Origin: Marsupella aquatica
Lineage: Eukaryota > Plantae > Marchantiophyta
Length of the DNA: 64,000 bases
Assembly (NCBI GenBank): GCA_973895155.1
Contig: OZ316894.1
Coordinates: 929,968-993,967 of the forward strand
Direction: 5' to 3'
The stretch's first letter is position 1. The number at the start of each line of letters is the position of its first letter. The notes under the pieces are model-generated. The model worked only from the letters and a program-made list of their open reading frames with translations, did no database searches and had not been told where the DNA came from. Below, one piece after another: positions 41,001-55,023 of the stretch. The position numbers were made by a program, and so were the translations under genes.

Positions 41001-41814
41001 CAAAAAAGTCTAGACAAGCATAGAAGGAGGGTGTGTTTACTTATTAGCAAAGACTCAATAGTACAAAAGGTGAAGTGATGGGTTTTCTCTGGCGGAGACT
41101 TGCATCTGGTCATGCAGCTGTTTGTGTAGGGTGGGGTTTCTCCATTCCCCATCCCAGCAAAATTGAAGGGAAACCCAAAAATGCTATCTGAGGAGTTGTT
41201 GACTCAACTATTTGGTTGTCAAACTATGTCTTGTAAGAAAACCATTAGCTCCAAACTAAACAACAATACAGAACATTAGAACACTCAATCTTACACTACA
41301 CCAACAAGACACCACGACGAAGAAATTCCTGAAGGATCCATAGCTCATGACAAGGTACATGTGAAGAATGAAGGAGAGCTCCAACCTACACCCCCCAAGG
41401 GGAACTAAGATTGATGTGTGGGCATAAATAAATGGATCTTATCCTACACTAAACCAAGGGTCAACTAACTCTAGTAAGGCCAAACTAACTAAAGTCGGGA
41501 ACTCAAGTCAATTCCTAACATGTCTCACGTACATACCTGCACTACTAGATCTAGGCAATAGTTATCAATAATCTTCTAGCCGATTTTAAGTACATTCACA
41601 CTAAAGATGTTCTAATTTACAATACTACCATTAGTTTATTTGGTATTTACAAATATGCCACCATTTTTGTATTTGGTTCCCTTGGTTATGTTGTTGAACT
41701 TATTGTCTATAAACAAACCATGGCATATTTGTAAGTACAAAAAAACTCTGCCACTATTGGCAATTGGAGCATCTTTAGTGACAAAATATTTACAAGTTGA
41801 ATATTCTAAACATG

Positions 41815-42498
41815 CAAATCAGTCCTAAAAAGCCACAACATAAGTTTTATAAGTCACCACCTACCTACTAACCTTGGCTGTTGTCTAAGGTTTAGGGTTG
41901 GACAAGCTTATAGTCAAACCCTCAGTCCTAATCTCTAAATTTGCTATTGTTGTTAGGGGGAGCAAAATCCCACGTGAAGATTAAGACCAAACAAACAGGG
42001 CTTCTGAGAAATTTCCCGGTTGAGGTGACTCAAAATCTCAATTACAAAATGGGCTGAAATTTTCAGGTTCAAATTTATTGCAAAAAAAAAGTCCAGGTTG
42101 CCACACAAAACAAGAATCCCAGACAACATCATGTCTCCACTGGTTAAATCAAACCAGTCCTAAAAAGCCACAAATTAAGTTTTATAAGTCACCACCTACC
42201 TACTAACCTTGGCTGTTGTCTAAGGTTTAGGGTTGGACAAGCTTATAGTCAAACCCTCAGTCCTAATCTCTAAATTTGCTATTGTTGTTAGGGGGAGGCA
42301 AAATCCCACGTGAGGATTAAGGCCAAACAAACAGGGCTTCTGAGAAATTTCCCGGTTGAGGTGACTCAAAATCTCAATTACAAAATGGGATGAAATTTTC
42401 AAGTTCAAATTTATTGCAATAAAAAGTCCAGGTTGGCACACAAAACAAGAATCCCAGACAACATCAGCATTAGAATCATGTCTCCACTGGTTAAATCA
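41815..42498. repeat. Tandem direct duplication of about 335 bp, high identity
   Basis: CAGTCCTAAAAAGCCACAA...ATCATGTCTCCACTGGTTAAATCAA starts near 41820 and 42155. The second copy has a small insertion near its end. Confidence 0.95.
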
Positions 42499-42521
42499 AT
42501 GAGCGAAGCAAAAATGTGCCA

Positions 42522-42797
42522 GCGGTGTGGTCAGTTGGCCTGGACATTAGTGTGGAATCCAGAGGTGTCAGGTTCATCCCCTGTCCACACACAAGTGATG
42601 TGGAGAGCTTTGTGTGGATTGGGTGTAGTGGTGGCTTCTGGCTAGATACTTTTGAAAGTACTAATCTCCCCTTCCTGGTACGGGTCCTGTGGGGTATCAA
42701 CCCCCCTTGTGGGCTACTCTACAATGGTGCAAACTACAAAATAAAACGTCCTCTATTGAATGGGTCTACCTTTGCCTTTCAAGGCTAATAAATAAAT
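42522..42797 (+). mobile_element. tRNA-derived SINE with (AATA)n tail and target-site duplication
   Basis: A box TGGTCAGTTGG at 42528, B box GGTTCATCCCC at 42571, tail AATAAATAAATAAA. Flanks AAATGTGCCA (42512-42521) and AAATGCACCA (42798-42807) can both derive from AAATGCGCCA by CpG decay. Confidence 0.7.
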
Positions 42798-44150
42798 AAA
42801 TGCACCAATGCTCAATAAACAAAGGATAAGCAAAGTTGACCCAACAAGTACTCGTCATTATCTGCAGAAACACGCAAGCTATCAGATAACTTCGCAGAAA
42901 TCCTCTTCACTCAAGCCCATCACTGCATGGCATGAGCACACTCTACAGTGTGCCCTGAGTTTGGCTTAAAAAGTTGAAGTTGTACTTAATTCTTGTATAT
43001 TTCATTTTTAAATTCTAAATCCAGATTCTCCAACCCACATTCTTTGTTTCCGACCGACATTTGTGTCTGCACGAAGGCATGGCTCAAACTGATGTGGAAA
43101 ATGCAAGAAAAAGGAAGATCCCATCAAAAACTCAGGTCATCCCTATATGCATCTTTAAATAGTATACTAAAGGTAGGGGTTTTGTCAATCACGGAACAAG
43201 TTACTTGTACAAGACACATTCATTAAAAATATATCTCTGAGATGCTACCGTACAGGGTCCTTCTAGCATTCTTTTCAGTGCAATATTTTTTTTAGATTCC
43301 ACCTCTCCAAAAAAGTCTTTGGTGCTTTTGGCAAACATTCACTAGGTTTTTGTCTTCGGTTTGTCACTTTCTAACCTAGCCACATACACCATTATCCAGA
43401 ATGTAATGGTTATCCTATCCAGGGAGATCTGTCAGTCAAAAATAAATCTAGAAAATGTGTATATGGAATCTTCCTAGCATTTTCTCTTGCCCAGAGGATG
43501 ACATTGGCCTCCAATGGTACTTGAAACTGCTGCTAATGCAAAGTATTTGTTAGTCTTAGAAGGCTCGCAATTGTTTCAAGGTTACTCCATATTTTCCACT
43601 CTACAATAAGACTGGCAGGAATTTTGGAAGGTGGTTTGGGAGGGCAGCACAAGCAGGTTCCATATTGCCCAGCCATGTTAGAGCACCAAATGGATTGATC
43701 ACCTAATCCCAAGGCTGGACCAAAAGATGATCTAGAAACACACCATAAGACATGTCTGGAATCGGTTTCCTTTGTGTGCAGCTAGCCATAGCTCAAGCAC
43801 CAGTGGTGCCAACTTTTACACGCTTATATAAGAGCAAACATCACTTCAAAGTAGAGCAGGTAGGGGCTTCAATTCTATAGAAAACAACATCGGGCTGAAA
43901 AAGCCTACATAAATGTCTATATCTTGAAAGAAAGATTATGAAAGACATAGCCCACTACTTCACACCTGAAATAGTTTGAACTTTCTTTTGAATTTTTTTT
44001 GGGGGGGAGGCATGGAGGGCTGAGTTAAAACCATGACAAGCCTAAAAGGAAACATTAGGCCAATTTTCTGTTTCATCATTTTTTGTTTGTTTGGGGGTAT
44101 AGCCTAATGCTCAATGACGCATCTGCTTCATGAACTCTAGTGTATGAATA

Positions 44151-44262
44151 TTTCTTTTCTTTTCTTTTCTTTTCTTTTCTTTTCTTTTCTTTTCTTTTCT
44201 TTTCTTTTCTTTTCTTTTCTTTTCTTTTCTTTTCTTTTCTTTTCTTTTCTTTTCTTTTCTTT
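44151..44262. repeat. (TTTTC)n pentanucleotide microsatellite, about 22 units
   Basis: A perfect TTTTC run is directly visible. Confidence 0.98.
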
Positions 44263-47238
44263 GCATCAAGGACTAAGAACCCTAATGAATGGTCAGTGTC
44301 CCCTTCTTACTTTGACAATGATTAGAGCTGTGAGTTTTAAATGTTTCCAGAGGTCCAAAGCCTGCATATTGCAATAAGGATGTCTCAAAATCCTAGCGTT
44401 CACAGTTTGTAACTCCTGAGTTATGACTTACGACCACAAGTCTAACTTATGGACTCCGAGTTTCAAGTTCCATACCTTTTGGCCATAAGCTATAGCTGTA
44501 AGGGAAGGCTAGACGAAAGAAAAAAAAATTCAATTATTTTTCATTTCACTATGAAGAAAATACAGTCCAAGTGCGCTTGCCAAAGCCATTGACCATGAAA
44601 GTTGAGAGCCCCTACGTGGAACAAGTTATGATAAAATAACGTTTCAGCTTATGATTGCGGAGACACATTTTGGAACATTCCAAATAGGAGGGCATATGAT
44701 GATGCTGGAAGGATTTGGGGGCACAGCCACACAGCACAAAAGGGGCCAGGTTATATTTATTATTATATAAATTATAAATATAAATAAAGGAGAACGGGCC
44801 TTTTTTAACCACAGACCCATGTTTTGTCCCCCTAGTCAGTCGACCCCTAGAAAATAGATGCAATAGAATAAAGTAGCAAGGTCAGATCAACGACAATCTA
44901 TAATGCAAAACCCAACCAGTTTGGTCCTACCAGTTAGCCCGCGGATACTTATTTGGAACAATTTTTACTTACCCATGTGGAAAATGAGGTGTCAGGTTTT
45001 GTATGGCCTTTACTGCACTTTGGGAACCAAAGCAGGCGGAAAGCAAAATTTATGCTGAGAGAAAATTTCCTGGGTAGATTTTCTTTTGAATATTTTATGT
45101 ATAAAGCTGCTCATGACATGATTGTAGCCCTACAGGACAACCATAATAGACTATGCTAAGGGTGGCTTTACAAGACTTGGTTGGGGCACTTGCGACTTTT
45201 ATCTACCAAAGCAAACTGGGGCGTCACTTCTTCTTCTCAACATAGACTCCACACCTACTGTAAGATAGTTTGGACAGAAATTTAATAAATTCCTCTAATG
45301 TAGGAACGAAATGTTACAAATCTTTCAACCATCTCTAGAGGTGATCCAAAGTTCTACACAAAATACTCCAGATCAGCATTTACTTAAGCTTACTGTTTGG
45401 AATGGGCCCCCAATTCTTATAAAGTCAACTACAACCCTTTCCACTCCTGTACTTCAGATTTAATCTCGGAGAGAATATAAGTAAAACTATGGGCCCCCCA
45501 CATTTTGTAAAGCTTTTAATATGCTTTTGAGATTTTCTAAAAATACTCTTTGGAGAAAGCTTAAATGGAATCATTTAAGCAGCTTGAACGTGCCAATCAT
45601 TGTGATTTGTGACAATTGAATCATTGCCTTCTTCGTCTTCAACTTTTTTCTAAACTAGCCTGAGTGCCACTTCTTTGTTGGTAAATAGAGGTGAGGAGGA
45701 CATTGAAGCCAGCTCTGCCATTTTAGAAACTCTGCCATTACACCCATGTCCCCGTCTGTAGGCTTCACTCTAGGCCTTGTGAAGCAGCTTTCAATCATGA
45801 CTATGTAGTTAGATTGCCAGAAAACAGCACTTAGTGTAGGTCTGAAGATTGAGAATCTGGAAAAGTAGTCACTAGGGCAAGAACTATATTTTGGGCTATC
45901 CTTGCACCCGGGCATTGCAAGATTTGGACTGGGATAGTGTTCAAAGATGGTTACTCAAAGCATCGTGATTTTGTATCTGCTCTGATATCTCATAAACGAG
46001 CCCTATGCTAGTGCGTTGCACGATGCAAGGAGGGCCAGCCCATAGGAAGTTGGGCTGGGCATTTATGGGGCAGTGGGAAGCACATATGTGCCAAGGTACA
46101 CATTTCTTCCATCAATGGTCAGGGAAAACAGTCAATCAAATCTAATGACTCTGTATCTTTCCCGCCAAGGAGCATTTTTGTATTGGAACAAAGGACAAAA
46201 ACAGGCATAATCCTTTATTATAGTTGTAGATAAAAACGGAGTCAGAGCCTTGAGAACACATACAAGGGAGAGTGCACAGAACACAGTTGAACTCCAGAGT
46301 CAATTGTAGAACCCTATCTTTAAGGTGACTCCAAATAATTGCATTAGAGCCAAAGTTAGCTTGATACAATTGGTGGTCAACATCTGTCCTAAATTGGATG
46401 GTTGTCCATGCCCTCTACCCCAACCAGAATTGCCATATTTTTGCACCATTTGTTCAGGAAGTTAGCTTGAAACAATCTGACAGACAACATCTGGCCTGAT
46501 TTCACCATTGGATGGTTTTCCATGTCCTCTACTCTAACCACAACACCCTTGACATGGGTTGGGTCTCTAACTTTTCTCCCAATCTGCCCCCTCCTGGTTG
46601 GCTGGCCCACTTCCCCATCCCCCAGAATCAAGGGGGAGAGAGGTGTAGAGGTTAAGTGGCAGTGCTAAACGCCCAATGATGAAAAACTTGCAAGAGGTTG
46701 ACAGTTGGATCATTCCAAACTAATCAAAGTTACTTTGCTTAGGTAGCAGTGAAAGGATGTGATAATGTAGTAATCAAACAAAAAAGAGTGGCAATGTAGT
46801 AAAACACAACGTCACTCAAAACCGTGATAGAGCTTCTAAACATTGTTGGAGATGTGTTTCTTGAAAATCTCAATATTCCGGTCCTCAATGTCCAGAGTTG
46901 GCTAGACCTCCATTCTAGATGTTGTCTCCTTTAGTGCCTATGTCTAGAATTCTTGATCTCACAACACATTGATATACCTACCAAGAAGTTTGACAGCCAA
47001 TGACAAGTATTGTAAAACGGTTAAGAACCTTCCTTGTTCAACTGTGATTTTGAAATTGGTCGATCAAAAACAAAACTTTTATTAGGTATGATTTAACGTT
47101 TCTTATTTCAAGTCCAAATTAGAGGTGTGAATTATTTCCAACACTTAGAGGATCTCAGCATGCCAATTTGGTGATCAGCGTCTGCCAAACAGAGAGGCTG
47201 GAGGTGAATTTTTTCTTTTTCCTTCTCGGATGTATACA

Positions 47239-47581
47239 TGTTGAGCATAGATGACACTTGTAACTATAAGCACATGACACATCCAACGCGCAAGTAGTCG
47301 ACACAAGAGATACGTGGTTCACCTCCTCGAGGCTACGTCCACGGGAACACACAAGAGAGCTTTACTGAACTCTAAGCCCGTCGGCTATACCAAGTCTCCA
47401 CAGTGTAAGCTCTCCTCATCTCTCAAGTGGCCCCATAACAATGAGCCTAAGTTTCACTTATCCAAGCAAACACCGCTTGGCATATAGTGTGCATCCTAGT
47501 TAACCTGACCATGTCTCTGACTATGGTTAGACTAACTATGGTTACATGTCGTAACCCTAGACCTTGAGTAAATACCTAACA
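47239..47581 (-). mobile_element. Copia-type solo LTR, 343 bp, with 5-bp TSD
   Basis: The minus strand starts TGTTAG and ends CTCAACA. It contains GTGGACGTAGCC...GAACCACGTA, typical of plant copia LTRs. Flanks are ATACA / ATACG. Confidence 0.85.
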
Positions 47582-48559
47582 ATACGACCATCTCTAAAAA
47601 GATGAGGTGCGGTCTTGTATTTGCTTTTTGGGACTGCTACTTTTGAGCAGGATAATGCTGGCCAAATCTCAGGGTGGTGATTTCCATGGAAGTGGCACAT
47701 CACGTGCAACAAAGTATAATAAGGTCATTTTAATCATTTTTTAGAAAGACTTATTAAGCTGTGAGCAGAATTATTGGGTTGTTTAATTACGGACCCCACT
47801 AGAGGTCCCTTCCAAAATTCCTGACTCCACAGCATGCCACATCATCATGGCGCGCTGCAAACAAGAACATATTGGTTTTCACAATGAAATTATGCCAACA
47901 TTCGTGTTTGCAACAGGATTTTGGTAAAATTGAGGACACCATGCCGTAAATGTTCATTAAAAAGTAATCAAAAATAACTATTTTATTTACCCTGAGTAGG
48001 CCTGCAGCTCAGTTTTATTTACCGCGAGTAACAAATTGCCCACCCTTTTTTGTGAATTGTGGTTCAATTCTATAAGTAATAAGTGACTAATTAAATGAAA
48101 CAACATAGCATGGCAGTTAAGAATCCCGCAGTGGCAGAAGGTAACCTTCCAAACTAACCTTCCAAACTAACCTTCCGAACGAGTGCAGAAAGTGCAGAGA
48201 TTGATTGCATTTCTGTTAGTTGCACTGCTTACGCCAATCATAATTCTATCTACTTGTCTTCTTGCCTTCTTGATTCGGGCCAACTCTACGCATACCTCTT
48301 GAAAGTGTGTCAATAGTCTAAGGGTTATCATTTCTCACTTTCAGCACTCTCTGAAAACATTCCATACATAATTATGATTGGAAGTCAATGTATGGAATTA
48401 TGATTGGTGTTCCGTTTGATTGTCAATAACCATCAGCAAGAATGTGAGTTACCAGTTTCCTAAGAAATCATAATGAGATTCAAAAATTTCATTCGCTCTA
48501 GTGCAGTACTGTGATCATAATTCTGTGACATTCAGTTGTTTCTAGGCGATTGTGAAAGC

Positions 48560-48750
48560 TAGTTGAGAGATAGGGAGAGCTTGTGTTATGGATGCTTGGT
48601 ATGGTTGGTCGGCCTAGAGTGCAGTAAAGCTCTTGTGTGTTTCCGTGGACGTAGCCTCATGTGGAGGTGAACCACGTATCTCTCTGTGTCGACTATTGTG
48701 CGTTGGATGGTTCATGGGCTTGCTGTTGCGAATGTCGTCTATGCTCAACA
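48560..48750 (+). mobile_element. 3' half of the same LTR family
   Basis: TTGAGAGAT...CAGTAAAGCTC...GTGGACGTAGCCTC...GGTGAACCACGTATCTCT...CTATGCTCAACA. Confidence 0.8.
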
Positions 48751-51700
48751 GTACAGCTTTGAAGGAACGAAAGGGACTATTCTATTTCTAAGTAATATGC
48801 AGTACACTGAACAGGGGAAATTACTATTACAATTTAGATGCGAGACACATATGGTGACCCACGACAGCGACACACAATGTTGACACCGTCCCTGCCTTTC
48901 TCTACGAAGCAGAAGTCCTGCACATTAGGTTCATAAATTTTGACCATTACAAACAGGAAAATGTGCCTCAAGACGACTAAAGAATGGATGAATGCAGGAG
49001 ACAAGCTAGACAGCAGACCGAAATACAGTAAGTTCACAAGAAAATGGAAGAGGTTACATTTAAGGAGGTGGAATTGGCGTTTGCTGTTGCAGTAACACTG
49101 CTGACTTTGGATTCACCATCAGAGGGCCCTGTGCAGTGCGCTCCAATTCAATCTCAATCAAATAAAAACAGATGGGGTCCACAAACTAACTACATAAATG
49201 CACAGGTGTCATCACATGATTGGTGTCGTGCAAGCTTTATATAAAGTGACTTAGGGGATCATAAATAACCCAAACCGTTGATGTATGACCCTCCATATAG
49301 TGACCCCCAAGTGCCAAATGTTTCCTCCATTCATCCCCAAACACATTGACGCAAGAAATTCCAGCACTATGTAGATAGAAGTGCCCCTAGCAAGAAGATT
49401 GCAATTATTTAGACAAGTTCTTGTCAAATAGTTGCATTTGTTAAGCTCAACATACATTTTGACAACCATGCAATAAAGCACTTGAGATTCACACTCGATG
49501 CAATTTATCTTCTTGTACCACATGTACTAGGGCACACTGAGAGCTTGGGAATGAATTTAACATTGAGCTACAAGCTAGTGCACAAGGTTGAGACAAATTT
49601 ATCTTTGAAAGTAACTTTGATACAAAAGTAGAGCATGTCGAGAGCATTGAAATCAATGTAACATTGAACCTGATAAAGTGCACAATGGTGAGACACAATC
49701 TACCTTTGAGCACCAAGTTGATAGAAACATAGAGCACCTGAAGAGCTTGAAATGAACTTGGATTTACTAAATTGCCACTCTTTTTAGGCATGATAGCCTT
49801 GTAGCCACCTAGTATTTTCTATTTACCTAACGCCAGTGTTTTCATTGTGGGTTAAGAAATTTAACAGATCGAGTGAGAGCCATTGGAAGCAAAGGAGCAT
49901 CCAATGGCTCTCATTGCACCCAGTCCAGCAATTGGGCAGCTCTGGTCCCCCTCAAGGTGACTTTGACCACCCTCAGCAGGACAAAGCCAGAGGATATTGT
50001 AGGGACAGGCTGGCCCTGGACAAAGGTTGGGCCTAGGATGGGAGGATGGGATCACCCAAGATACCACTCAGTCAACTGACCCAAGGGTGGCCAAATTCAC
50101 CTTGAGTGAAACCCACACTGTTCAATCTAGAAATTGGGTGCGATGACAGTCATTGGACTTGAAGGAGCTAACCCAAGACAATTTTCTCAACCCGTAAAAT
50201 AAACACTCAGTGACATTTTGATACATAAAAATGGCAAGGTATGTATTCTGCCAAAAAAATAGTGGCAATCTAGTAAATTGCAGTTATAATGAAGGCAACA
50301 TTGAGCCCCATAGAATGTAAATGTTGCATGAGACAAAATTTATCTTTGACTGCCAGTTGGATGAAATCTAGAACACATCAAGAGCTTTGAAATGAAAGTA
50401 ACATCAAGCTTGATAAAGTGCATATTGTGAAGAATCTAATTCATTACGTGGAAGTTGCAAACATGGGACACAAGGTGGGTTCAAACATGTGGTAAGAGTG
50501 AAGGGACCTAATTTGCTGGAACCAATGAGAATTTTTAAAAAGTGAGGTGACTAATATTTGGTGCTTGCCAACCGGCCTTGGAAAAATGCAGGATGGAGGA
50601 TCCAGGCCAGCAAACCACTAGAGATGCTCTTAGCATGGGCTTTGAGAAAACCGGACACTCAGACATATGCCAAAAGTACTTTCTCCAAAACCACCGACAC
50701 TCTTAAAACCTGAAAGTTGAGAAAAAGGCAGTCTTGTAATTCATGGCAAAAGCAAGACTGGAAATGAAAGAAATCAAAGGCAAAGTCAACTGTGATTGCC
50801 TGATCTCTTACTTTTAGTGAAGAGTTTGAATTTCACAAGAACGTGATTACTAATTACTTGATTGGCCACTTCATATATTTTATTTCACAAAAAAAAGCAC
50901 CAAGGCATGAAACAAAAGCCCAGGATATATGGACCTAGACATTGTCCCTGCCCATCCCCATCGACTGCGTAAGCAATGTTGCTTTTACACCAAAAAGAAA
51001 AAAGAACAGGTCGTGGTTCGCAGCTGACAAATTTGACTACCTTGGGAAAAAAGTAGTCAAGACCTCATGGTGATCCTGAGTAATGACATGACATCTTGAC
51101 GTCTTTCAGGTTGAAGGTTGTCAAGTCATCAAGTTACCAAGGAAACTAGTTTGGTAATTAATGTAATTGAAAACCGGCTGCAAACGGTAAGGAGATCATT
51201 TATACTTAGTCAAAAAAGTAAACAGTGTTATCTGAGTCATATTAAATGTTCTGAGCAAGTCCATTCAAGGTTTGCCAGTCCATCTGGGCTTCATAGACAA
51301 AGTGGAGGTCCATCCACGCATTAATTTCCCAAGGTATGGACAAATCAACAACAAAGGTTTTCCTCTGGTTAGTGCTTCACTGCAATCTGGACAATTACCA
51401 TGTAAATAAGGTTTTTTTTTAATTTTGTAAGAGGGAGAGGGATCCGCCCAGCTATTAAACCAGTTTATTGAATTGGTGTCAACAAAAAGTTTACTAGATG
51501 CAAGAGAAGACCTAATATGCCAACCATACATTTTTTGCCACCTGTCTCCCAATATCTTTTTCGTTTGCTACAACCAATAATATTCTGCAATCTCTCTAAT
51601 GGCCTATTGTTTGGGAAAAGATGCTCAAGCACAACCTAGATGGAGTCACACAGGCTGTAGTGTATGAATGTACAAAAACTTTACTCTAGGACAGCTGTAT

Positions 51701-52982
51701 ATATAGAGAACATTTACATATTTGTTGAGATTCCATCAGTGTGAGTCGCAAAAGTGCATCCAGGCATTTTGGACAACTTGAATGCCAGGGGGCTTCTTTG
51801 TAGCTATTTTTTGTGCTTAGATAATAATTTCCCTATCATACTGCTCATGTCCAATTTTCCTTAATTTTTTTGATTCTTTATATCCAATAGTTGTCAGTGG
51901 GGTCTTGTTGCCGTGTGGAAGTGTGATTGTTTTGATCAAGAAGTTGTTGCGAGACTGTTGTCATTTTGGCCAAATTGTTGTTGTGGAAGGGTTGTCTGTT
52001 TGGCCAAGTTGTGATTTTGGAAGGGTTGTATTTTGGCCAGCCTGTTACAAAAGGGTTATAGTTTTGGTCAAGTTGTAGTTGAGTCTAGGTTATAGCGGAA
52101 TGATTAAATGATTTTGAAATTCGAGGTCAGCATTGAAGAATTCCAATAGGCAGTAATTGAAGCTTGGGGAGGAAAATAACTTTTAATCCCCCCACTCCCT
52201 CAAAGTGTCTTGCCCTTTGCTGCGGACACTAAACAATTGATCACAACATAATTGTTCCCCTCTTCTGCATCCTGTACTTGTCTTGTTATAACTGAAGGCT
52301 ATTTCTTGAGAGTCTTCCTCCCCTTACATTGTTTTCTCCCCTACCCCCTTTCCCCTTAGTTTTGCTCCCACCGTCCCCTTGCCCTTCCCCCTCCCCACAC
52401 AATATAATCTTTCCCCTCCTCCCTGCCAGCGTGCCACGGGGCGCATACGTTTGTTTTTGTTTTTCTTCTTCTCAGTTTCTGCATTGCCCGGGTCATTACC
52501 CTCCCAGAGTTTTCTACTCCCCCATTCACTCATGTCCTCCCCCTCCTCATCCATAACATCTTTAAAGGTTACTGGGTTTGGTTACTATCAAGAGTATTTT
52601 TTTTCTGTAAGAGCAATCATGGTCAAGTGGAACTCAGCCCCAACCCGTACTGAATTACTTTAGTTTACACAAGAAATTAGCTTCACACCACCATAGATTA
52701 CAAGCAAAAACCAATGCCTGAAAATCCAATAAAGTCACAATGAATGGGTTGGACATTACTATTTGCATTTTAGTTATTTGGTATGGTCGACACTCAATTA
52801 CAATAGGACTTTACTGTAAGGGTTGGAGATGCTCTAATGATGCCCAATACCATTTGTACCCAATGCCAATTCCTGATGCCTGGTGTCTGATTGGTCAGGC
52901 CGGCCCACAGTTGCCTTCCCCACCTGTTGCTGCCACCCCAAAGTCATGGTCTAGAGGCTCCACTCTACCTAGACTTAAGAGT

Positions 52983-53070
52983 TGTTAGGCATTTACTTTT
53001 AGGTCTAGAGTTACTATGTAACCATAGCTAGTCCGACCGTAGTCAGGTGCTTGATTGAGGTTAGATGTAT
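52983..53070 (+). mobile_element. 5' fragment of the same LTR family
   Basis: TGTTAGGCATTTACTTTTAGGTCTAGAGTTAC...TGTAACCATAG.TAGTC matches the start of the 47.2-47.6 kb LTR. Confidence 0.7.
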
Positions 53071-55023
53071 TATTACTATATAAATAGATGAAAATTGTTT
53101 GGTGTGATCTACCAAGTTGCTACCTATGGACAAACTTGGGACTCTTTGGACATCTCTGGCAACACTCAATCCTTACTATATCAAATTTCTCACAGGCTTC
53201 AATCTATAGCAGGAAACTTTTCTTTGGTCATCTGTTGGCAAAAGCATAGTACTTACTTAGTACACTTTATTTAAAACGTGTTACCTATCTTCAGAAGCTA
53301 CCTAGCATAGTTTTGGTTCTAACTTTGTTCTAGGTACCTAACTAAAAGTGCTTAAGTGAAGATTACAGTTTTGAAAAACTATTTTAGAGTATATAGGATT
53401 CAGATATCCAAAAAGCACCAACTTTTTTCATTAGGAAGCTTGCAAGTTAGAGACCATGTCACAATGTTTTTTTATGCAAAAACATAAATTTCTTCATCAT
53501 CATTCAAGATATTGGTAGTTTACAACACCATTTAACATTCTGCAGGTTTGGCAATGCCCCTAGTCATTCAAGTAGTGCTTCATTGTGTAGCAGAGGCAGA
53601 CACAACAAAACTACCATCAGAAGCGCCTGATCAAGTCCTGAACCTTTCTTTGAGGACTATTTAGTTGTGAGGATATATGAGGGGCGGTTAAACCACAAGT
53701 CGGGGTATAGAGGGCCCCGACAGCCTGCCCGCGATCCTGCAGTCTGCCCAGGTCCTGGCAGTTGCCCCAGCAGACCCCCTGTGAGCCCGTCCGCTCCAAG
53801 GGTGCCCACACCTCACTGCAAACGGCTGTGCCCTGCCCTTCCTCCCCTGTGCCTTGCGAGTAGTGATACTGTGGGCAAGACAGCGCCGGCCCTACCAAGC
53901 CTCATGCTTGCTCGCTGCAGACCATGGACCTGCGGCCATAGCTTCAGCAAGCTCAGCTACGACTTGCAACCTGCGGCCATCGCTGCGACTTCATCGACCT
54001 GCAGCCTTTGCTGCGACTTCATCGACCCGCATGCCACCATTGCTTGAGCTCGAGAAGCAGGTGAACCTCCTGCCCAGCAATAGCACCATCGCCCTGATTG
54101 TTGTTGCTCTGATCTCTCGCTCTGATCGCTCTCACTCCGATCGCTCTGGCTTTGATCGCTCTTGCTCTCAATCTCGGTCATAATCTTGGTCTCCATCCTG
54201 TGTTGCGTGTTGCGATCATCCTCCTCTTGTTGGAGACTGAGGACCTGCAGCCATAGCTGGAGCTTGGGAAGCTCGAGGGGTGCTGCTTTTGGCCTCCATC
54301 CCTAGCTGCAGCAAAGGAACACGTAGTGTCAGCCAGATCTAAAACTCTGGTGAGCTTATCAGGATCCTGTCTCCTCTCTTACTCGGTTTGTGCAGATTTT
54401 TGTTTCATTGTGGGCTCAGCCAAGTGCTGTAGCCATAGCTCGAGCTTGGGAAGCTCAGGAAACCTCAAGCCCGGCCTGGCCTCTATCCCTGCTCTTTGAG
54501 ACTCACATTGCACTGCAGGTCGATTCTCTCATTCGAACCTGAAGGTGGTCGTCCATAGCTCGAGTTTGGGGGAGCTTGTTTGCTCTCCATCTTTCCTTTT
54601 GGCTCCCAGGCTGCGATAGCCACCATGAAATCAATCAGTTAGTACTGTTACACTCGTTTTAGCTCCTTGCACTCTTGGCAGCTCGATTTTAGGGAGGGCT
54701 CCTAAATTGCTTTCGCGCATTGCTTTTTCTGTTCTAGCCGATTTCAGGTAGCACTCGTTTGAGTTTGATTCAAGGAGAGCTATATTCTGTCGATCTTGTT
54801 GCTGTGACTTTTGCACATTTGCCTAGCCTCACCCTAAACAATCGCCCACCATACTCGGTATAGAGCTGGTCTCTTCTCCTGCAAGGTCGTTGCCATTTTG
54901 TGATTCGTTAGACTGAGTTTTAGCTGTGTTTTTGCTCACCTTTGGAGTAACGTATGTTTGACTCCACAGGTGCTGGTTGTTGCTTACAATTGTTGGTTTC
55001 ATTTTTGTTGCTGCTGCTCATAG

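Noticed and set aside
42522-42600. Functional tRNA gene
   Set aside because: It has no proper acceptor or anticodon stems and continues into a SINE-like body and tail.
44140-44377. Phe/Ser/Leu-rich ORFs
   Set aside because: They are translations of the (TTTTC)n microsatellite.
43400-45450. LINE zf-RVT-like remnants (ETDSRHVLWC on the minus strand; WGTCDF...HFFF on the plus strand)
   Set aside because: Only a few residues in broken frames match. Plausible, but not supportable without a profile search.
53570-53620. SLCSRGRHNKTT as a MULE-type zinc knuckle
   Set aside because: It lacks the first and last Cys and has no adjacent transposase sequence. It is too short to support.
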